64,000 bases of DNA from Bacillota bacterium (lineage in GTDB: Bacteria > Patescibacteriota > Minisyncoccia > Phycocordibacterales > Phycocordibacteraceae). Under the pieces are notes generated by a model, which made no database searches, was not told the origin of the DNA, and saw nothing but the letters and a program-made list of their open reading frames with translations. Of the stretch, positions 59,081 to 64,000 are shown piece by piece (positions within the stretch are counted from its first letter, which is position 1; the number at the start of each line of letters is the position of its first letter). Position numbers and translations under genes: made by a program. The stretch covers positions 37,653 to 101,652 of the forward strand of contig JBLNCF010000010.1 in assembly GCA_050260455.1 (NCBI GenBank), written 5' to 3'.

Positions 59081-59542
59081 CTAGGCAGCGATTTTCTTCG
59101 CTGCCTTTTTTCGTTTTACGGGAGCCTCTTCTGGAGGAAGATGCTTTTTCACTTCCTCTGCAAGTGCCTCCTTGCGATTTGAGGCTTCGAGCGTAGAACT
59201 GAGTTTCTCCAATGTTCGCTCCATGGAATCGAGGCGGCGCAAGATCTCATCAATGCGCGAATCCTTGGGCATAACGAGCGGTTCGCTGCGAGGAGCCGAC
59301 GGACGGCGCTCAAAGCGAGAGGAACGCTGCGCGTCTGTATCAGGAACGAAACATTCCTTGCAGTACACCGGCTTCTTACCATTCGGTCGGAACGGTACCT
59401 GGGTAGGTTTGTGACACTTATTACACTCGACATCATATAGTTCTTTCTTCTCGAACGAGCGACCTCGCTGGCCGAAGGACTGACCACCGGAGAAAGAACG
59501 GCGATCGTTTCCGGAACGGAAATTCTTTTTGAAATCAGGCAT
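59081..59542 (-). CDS. CxxC-x17-CxxC domain protein
   Basis: CNKC..TQVPFRP...KPVYCKECF. Confidence 0.9.
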   Translation of the reverse strand: MPDFKKNFRSGNDRRSFSGGQSFGQRGRSFEKKELYDVECNKCHKPTQVPFRPNGKKPVYCKECFVPDTDAQRSSRFERRPSAPRSEPLVMPKDSRIDEILRRLDSMERTLEKLSSTLEASNRKEALAEEVKKHLPPEEAPVKRKKAAKKIAA

Positions 59543-59786
59543 GGATGCGTATGTTAGGGGCTGTTCGGGATTCGATAAGGTGAGTTATGTACGGCTTAGT
59601 TGTAAAAGATGCAGCACGGATGCTGGATAAGCCGCACATAACTAACCTCATGGAGTGGAGAGCAGTGATTTGAAAATACTATATCGAGGTATATTTGTCA
59701 ATTCCCCCACCAGGCAGAAGCATGCTGATCAGTGACAAATAAATAAAGTGAGTCATAATGTAGACTGATCCACACGGGAGGCGTAC

Positions 59787-60083
59787 ATGAATTCCATTCT
59801 CCGCGCTGCATACCTCCAGGTATGCGAGTGCAATACGCACGCGAGCATCGTCATGGATAATGACACGCTGTGCAATCCGTTCTTCTCGAAAACTACGGGG
59901 CTGGAAGTGGCCGAAACACTTGAAAAGCTGGGCAAGATAAGCACTGAAGAGTGCAAGCTCATCTGCGACAGTATCCGTCGTTCCGCTCTTCCTCACTGCG
60001 TGCCCGCGACAATCGGAGTATTGATAGCGCACCCGACCGAGCACACGGCACCAGTGACGTCCAACGAGAAAACGGTTCACTGA
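59787..60083 (+). CDS. Orphan protein (SD-led cassette)
   Basis: SD GGGAGG-CGTAC-ATG; hairpin near 60107-60135. Confidence 0.55.
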   Translation: MNSILRAAYLQVCECNTHASIVMDNDTLCNPFFSKTTGLEVAETLEKLGKISTEECKLICDSIRRSALPHCVPATIGVLIAHPTEHTAPVTSNEKTVH

Positions 60084-60133
60084 CCTCTACCCATCAATCT
60101 TTCAACTGCCGCCTCACCAAGGCGGCATTATTT

Positions 60134-60403
60134 TTACTCTGTCCTTCCGGTTTTATTGCGGTGTGGACACCCGGGCCAACAACATGGACGACGCTTTCCT
60201 TCCTTGAGTTCCGTGCATGTTCGCTCAATGTGATTGAGCCTGGTCTCGGGTTTCTTTACAGACTCAACCCAACAGATCCACTCATTGCGTGCAAGCGGCG
60301 TGATGTCCTCCCACGCAGACACAGCTGCCTTATCAGACATGAGTGCTTTTCGTAAGTCCGCAGGCATTTTATGAACAACGCCTTCACTCAACGTCTTGGT
60401 CAT
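60134..60403 (-). CDS. YdeI/OmpD-associated family protein
   Basis: PADL..AL...TPLARNEWICWV...ETR...RPCCWPGC. Confidence 0.88.
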   Translation of the reverse strand: MTKTLSEGVVHKMPADLRKALMSDKAAVSAWEDITPLARNEWICWVESVKKPETRLNHIERTCTELKEGKRRPCCWPGCPHRNKTGRTE

Positions 60404-60455
60404 ACGTGCATTCTATCAAACCCCCCTCTTTTGATTCGGTATTGAACGAGACGAT

Positions 60456-61178
60456 TCAAGAAAGTGTCGGAAGACCGCTCAATTGCAGAAGTTTCTGCAT
60501 AGTCCGTCGTATCTTCCGAGCCTTCAATGAGCGTATGAACGCTTCTTGATTCGTCTTCTCTTTCGCATATGCCTTGACCCACGTTCGGTTGGTGACCTCA
60601 AGACCTCCCTCCTGCTCAAGGAAAAGTGCCAGCCAGTAATCGTCAGGGTTGTAGGCCAAGGCGAGCTGCCTTGAGAGTTGCTCCCCTTTTTCTAATGCCT
60701 TAATGATCAGACCTCGTTTTTCTCCCCGAACACCTGTACTTGCTCCCCATAAATAATCGGTAGCTCGGTGTCCTTTACTCGGACAGAGGAGATACCAGTA
60801 ATAGGAGCTCAACCAGGCATACATGGTGCCCGACATGCGTATCCATGAACCCACCATTACATTCCCTTGATCTAGCAGCCGAGAAAGGGTCTCAATCCAA
60901 TTCGAAGCCGCGACAGAGTCTCCATCGATACAAAGAATGTGTTCTCCCTTTGCTTCTTCGAATCCACGTATCCGCGCAAAGACAGGTCCAGCAGGACCTG
61001 CGTAGTCGATCACTCGCACCTCCGAATATGCGCGCCCAAGAGCTCCGGTCGTATCAGTCGAATTGTGATTGATGAGCAGTATCTCGTCGGGACTCCGTGT
61101 CTGGTGGAGCAGCGACTTGATGCACGCATCGATATGCCGCTCCTCGTTATGAGCAATGATGACGACCGATATCTTCAT
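60456..61178 (-). CDS. Glycosyltransferase family 2
   Basis: ISVVIIAHNEE, STD.T, IDGD. Confidence 0.88.
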   Translation of the reverse strand: MKISVVIIAHNEERHIDACIKSLLHQTRSPDEILLINHNSTDTTGALGRAYSEVRVIDYAGPAGPVFARIRGFEEAKGEHILCIDGDSVAASNWIETLSRLLDQGNVMVGSWIRMSGTMYAWLSSYYWYLLCPSKGHRATDYLWGASTGVRGEKRGLIIKALEKGEQLSRQLALAYNPDDYWLALFLEQEGGLEVTNRTWVKAYAKEKTNQEAFIRSLKARKIRRTMQKLLQLSGLPTLS

Positions 61179-61294
61179 GGGATCAGCATACCGTAGGAGT
61201 AACCCAGATTTTGACAAGACCAAGAATCAATTGTATTGATAATCTGGATCGATGCCGCTTGGCGTCGCTGCACCACTCGTAATTGGGGGTCCTC

Positions 61295-61951
61295 ATGCCG
61301 CTGTATCAACGCTCCTTCCTGAAAAGGAAGAATCTTTCCACGCTGTTAGAGCGCGGATTCACGACTGCTTATAAAACTGCAGTGCTTCTCATGCTGCCGC
61401 TTCTAGCAGTGCTGGTCGCCTGCCCCGCCTGGTACCTGTTCTACAGAACCGGCTGGCATCTTCCCGAAAAGTTGAGCGACGCGCTCATGACACTTTGTCT
61501 CACGTTCGGCGTCATCTACGCGCTTATCGCAGGTGCCGTCATCAATCGTGTGTTCGATGAGTACAAAGACATGCGGACGGCGGTGAAGAACTGTGATATC
61601 GACACGTTCATGACGCTGCGCGATGAGGAGGTGTCACCCGTGATCCACGCGGTCATGGCCCTGTTCGCTCTCAACGTCATCGCCTGTATCGGATTGGTCA
61701 ATTACCCTGCCCCTATCTATGGCCTCATCGCCGTCGGGGTAACCACCTATCTGTTCTCGCTCGTATACTGGGTCATCACCGAAATAGACGATCCATGCAC
61801 GGGCGTGTGGTTCATCGTGAACATCCACCAAGAGTGGTTGGCGATCGAGCCAAAAGAATGGAGGAAGATCAAGTACGACACATGCAGGCAGGACTGGGAC
61901 AAGTATCTGCCCCGAGAAGCCATAGTGGAGGAGCTCCGCAACACGGCGTAA
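61295..61951 (+). CDS. Four-TM membrane protein (DUF4239-like), SD-led
   Basis: FGVIYALI...ITEIDDP..GVW; GGGGGTC RBS; TTGACA at 61211; terminator near 61977-62010. Confidence 0.6.
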   Translation: MPLYQRSFLKRKNLSTLLERGFTTAYKTAVLLMLPLLAVLVACPAWYLFYRTGWHLPEKLSDALMTLCLTFGVIYALIAGAVINRVFDEYKDMRTAVKNCDIDTFMTLRDEEVSPVIHAVMALFALNVIACIGLVNYPAPIYGLIAVGVTTYLFSLVYWVITEIDDPCTGVWFIVNIHQEWLAIEPKEWRKIKYDTCRQDWDKYLPREAIVEELRNTA

Positions 61952-62190
61952 CCTTCCACCCCCGCTCGAACTTTCAACCGCCCGGTATCTTTTACCCGGG
62001 CGGTTCCTTTGTTCTTGTCGGAAGAACAGCCTTCGTGCATAGTAGATGCATGACATACGCAACCCACATGACGCTCCTAGTCGTCCTTCGCAGCCCGCGA
62101 GGTGGGTTGTGTTTTGGATAACTCGACAGAGATACCCAAAACGGAGTCCGCCTCACCGCGGGCTCCGTTCGTTCAAGGAAGGAGAAGATA

Positions 62191-62463
62191 ATGACCCAGT
62201 ACCTTACACCCTGTCGCGGGGGTAAATGGGCAGTCAGCGGATTCATCAAGGAACGACAGGTCTGCCTTATCGAGCGCTCCAAGCTCGATAACGGAATCGA
62301 CCCACGTTGGCTCCTTGCTTCCATCGGCATCAGCCCATCGGATGAAGAGCTCGCTCGATATTTCCCTGCGCACCCCATCCATGGACCATGCCCCACACTC
62401 GACCTGCTCGAACTCTTTGTTCATAGAGCAAAGACTGAAATAAAGCGGGAGTGTGGCGTGTGA
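62191..62463 (+). CDS. Orphan protein (SD-led)
   Basis: SD AAGGAG; preceded by hairpin at 62140-62169. Confidence 0.45.
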   Translation: MTQYLTPCRGGKWAVSGFIKERQVCLIERSKLDNGIDPRWLLASIGISPSDEELARYFPAHPIHGPCPTLDLLELFVHRAKTEIKRECGV

Positions 62464-62553
62464 TCCCGGTATCCAAACACGGTATAGTCGGCGTCCTTGT
62501 GGCGCCGGCTTTTTACTGCTCCGTTCAGGTGTTGTTGTATATAATGCCCGGAC

Positions 62554-63411
62554 ATGGCCTCGAAACGTCCCGATACTGCAATCACGCTTACGACCCTCAC
62601 CTTAGGATTGCTTGGTATTGCGTTTATTGCGTGGGGACTAACAAAGACTCCAGCGCCCTCGGCTCCTTCAGTCGAAACTCCTTCAGCAACATCCACAACA
62701 AGCGTTTCGACTTCAACACCCACAGCTCCCGTCCCGATGTATACCTATATCGAAGTCCAAGACAGTTGTGGACCGTACTACCAAGGCACGTGCGTGAACA
62801 TGCGTTCTGGTCCCGGAACAAACTTTCCCGTCGTATTGCGACTGCGCAACGGAATCGTTCTTAAGGTGGACGGTAGCGTAGAGCGCGATGGGCGCACGTG
62901 GTACAAGCTCAAACCTGACGATACCGTTAGATACCCAGAGCGGGTCACCTCGGACTGGTACGTGGCTGCCGATCTCGTGCGCACCTTTACGGACGACGGC
63001 AACCATCGTCTGGCACCCGGTCAGGCTCCAACAACCTCCAAGCGTATCCTCGTCGATCTATCTGAACAGATGCTGTACGCCTACGACGGCGATACTCTGT
63101 TCATGCAGCAGCCCATCTCGACCGGTCTCAATCTGACCCCCACCCCCACCGGCACTTTTACGGTGTACGCCATGACACCGAGTCGCTACATGCAGGGACC
63201 CTTGCCGGACGTGAGCGATCAGTATTACGACCTGCCAGGCGTGCCGTGGAATCTCTACTTCACCAAGGACGGCGCTGTTATACATGGAACGTACTGGCAC
63301 GATCATTTTGGGCAACCCTGGTCGCACGGATGTGTGAATCTCCCTCCTGACAAGGCAAAGGAGCTGTACGACTGGGCAGTCATTGGCATGAAAGTAACCG
63401 TTCGACCCTAA
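62554..63411 (+). CDS. L,D-transpeptidase (YkuD) with SH3b domain
   Basis: VNMRSGPGT; IHGTYWH..FG..WSHGCVN. Confidence 0.92.
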   Translation: MASKRPDTAITLTTLTLGLLGIAFIAWGLTKTPAPSAPSVETPSATSTTSVSTSTPTAPVPMYTYIEVQDSCGPYYQGTCVNMRSGPGTNFPVVLRLRNGIVLKVDGSVERDGRTWYKLKPDDTVRYPERVTSDWYVAADLVRTFTDDGNHRLAPGQAPTTSKRILVDLSEQMLYAYDGDTLFMQQPISTGLNLTPTPTGTFTVYAMTPSRYMQGPLPDVSDQYYDLPGVPWNLYFTKDGAVIHGTYWHDHFGQPWSHGCVNLPPDKAKELYDWAVIGMKVTVRP

Positions 63412-63470
63412 TCTGAAGGCTTCATGAGAGCTACTTGCGTTCCGGCACAGGTTCTGGGAACATGGTCCCG

Positions 63471-64000
63471 ATGACGTTCATCGTCACTCTCGTTCTATCG
63501 CTGTTCGCTTTCGTCTCGACTCCCCCGCCTGCGCTCGCAGCGCCAACCGCGATATCTCAATCGACGCAGCCACCGGCTGCGCCTATCGCTATACCCGCAC
63601 CGACCAAGAAGGTTGCGGTAGCACCTATTCAGAAGACGGCGGCAGTCGTGCCCTTTTATTCTCAGTTCAAAGACATATCATCGCCCAAATGGCAGAAACA
63701 AGGATGTGGTATTGCAAGCCTCGCGATGGTAATTAATTACTACAAACCGCATGCCGTAGGTGTTGATGCACTCTTGAAGCAAGGCATCGCCGCAGGAGCA
63801 TACGATACGAACGCTGGATGGATCCACAGTGGACTTATCTCTCTTGGAAAACGCTACGGCCTTTCTGGCTCTACCAATGACCTTTCGAAGCTTTCCTCGA
63901 AAGCAGCCCTGGCAGAATTAGAGAAGACCGTCGCCAAGGGCCCGGTCATCGCCTCCGTGCATTACAAATTCGAGCCGACGAATCCCATTCCCCACCTCGT
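63471..64000 (+). CDS. Secreted C39-like cysteine peptidase (runs off the window)
   Basis: Manual translation: signal peptide, VPFYSQ...GCGIASLAMVINYY. Confidence 0.8.
   Translation, partial: MTFIVTLVLSLFAFVSTPPPALAAPTAISQSTQPPAAPIAIPAPTKKVAVAPIQKTAAVVPFYSQFKDISSPKWQKQGCGIASLAMVINYYKPHAVGVDALLKQGIAAGAYDTNAGWIHSGLISLGKRYGLSGSTNDLSKLSSKAALAELEKTVAKGPVIASVHYKFEPTNPIPHL

Noticed and set aside
59557-59580. tmRNA-like 5' end GGGGCTGTTCGGGATTCGA
   Set aside because: No matching T-arm/acceptor 3' end downstream; better explained as the minus-strand leader
1-64000. CRISPR array, IS, integron integrase, prophage, reverse transcriptase
   Set aside because: No regularly spaced repeats or such genes seen; cassette hairpins look like terminators rather than attC sites
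1-64000. Alternative genetic code (UGA=Gly)
   Set aside because: Core genes are full length in code 11 and murG and dnaB end in TGA

Overview
Chromosomal window of a reduced-genome bacterium, most likely Patescibacteria/CPR (Parcubacteria-like). This rests on gene content: a dcw cluster (mraZ-rsmH-ftsL-ftsI-murF), proS-mreBC(D)-pbp2, a second mreB, murA/murG, gltX, cysS, dnaB, recR, def/fmt, frr, rplI/rplU/rpmA, two tRNAs without encoded CCA, and almost no metabolic genes. Two gene architectures are interleaved. (i) Core genes are apparently leaderless, with a TAnnnT -10 box 6-9 nt before the ATG and no Shine-Dalgarno. (ii) About 20 single-gene orphan cassettes sit between core genes, mostly with a -35/-10 promoter, a leader with a G-rich Shine-Dalgarno (often GGAGG(G)TC or AGGGAGAAAT) and a GC hairpin terminator. 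The SD-led set includes a degenerate alphaproteobacterial CtrA homologue carrying a natural D51A change, a stand-alone Caulobacter-like DnaA domain IV, a protein ending in an outer-membrane beta-signal, and a lipoprotein. My best candidate for an undescribed system is a host-readable or host-mimicking effector repertoire aimed at an alphaproteobacterial host cell cycle; this is inference. Also present: a secreted cell-wall enzyme/adhesin cluster, a CDPS-like gene, a Doc(-HicA-like) gene and several structured leaders. All homology calls are from motif recognition and memory, not database searches.
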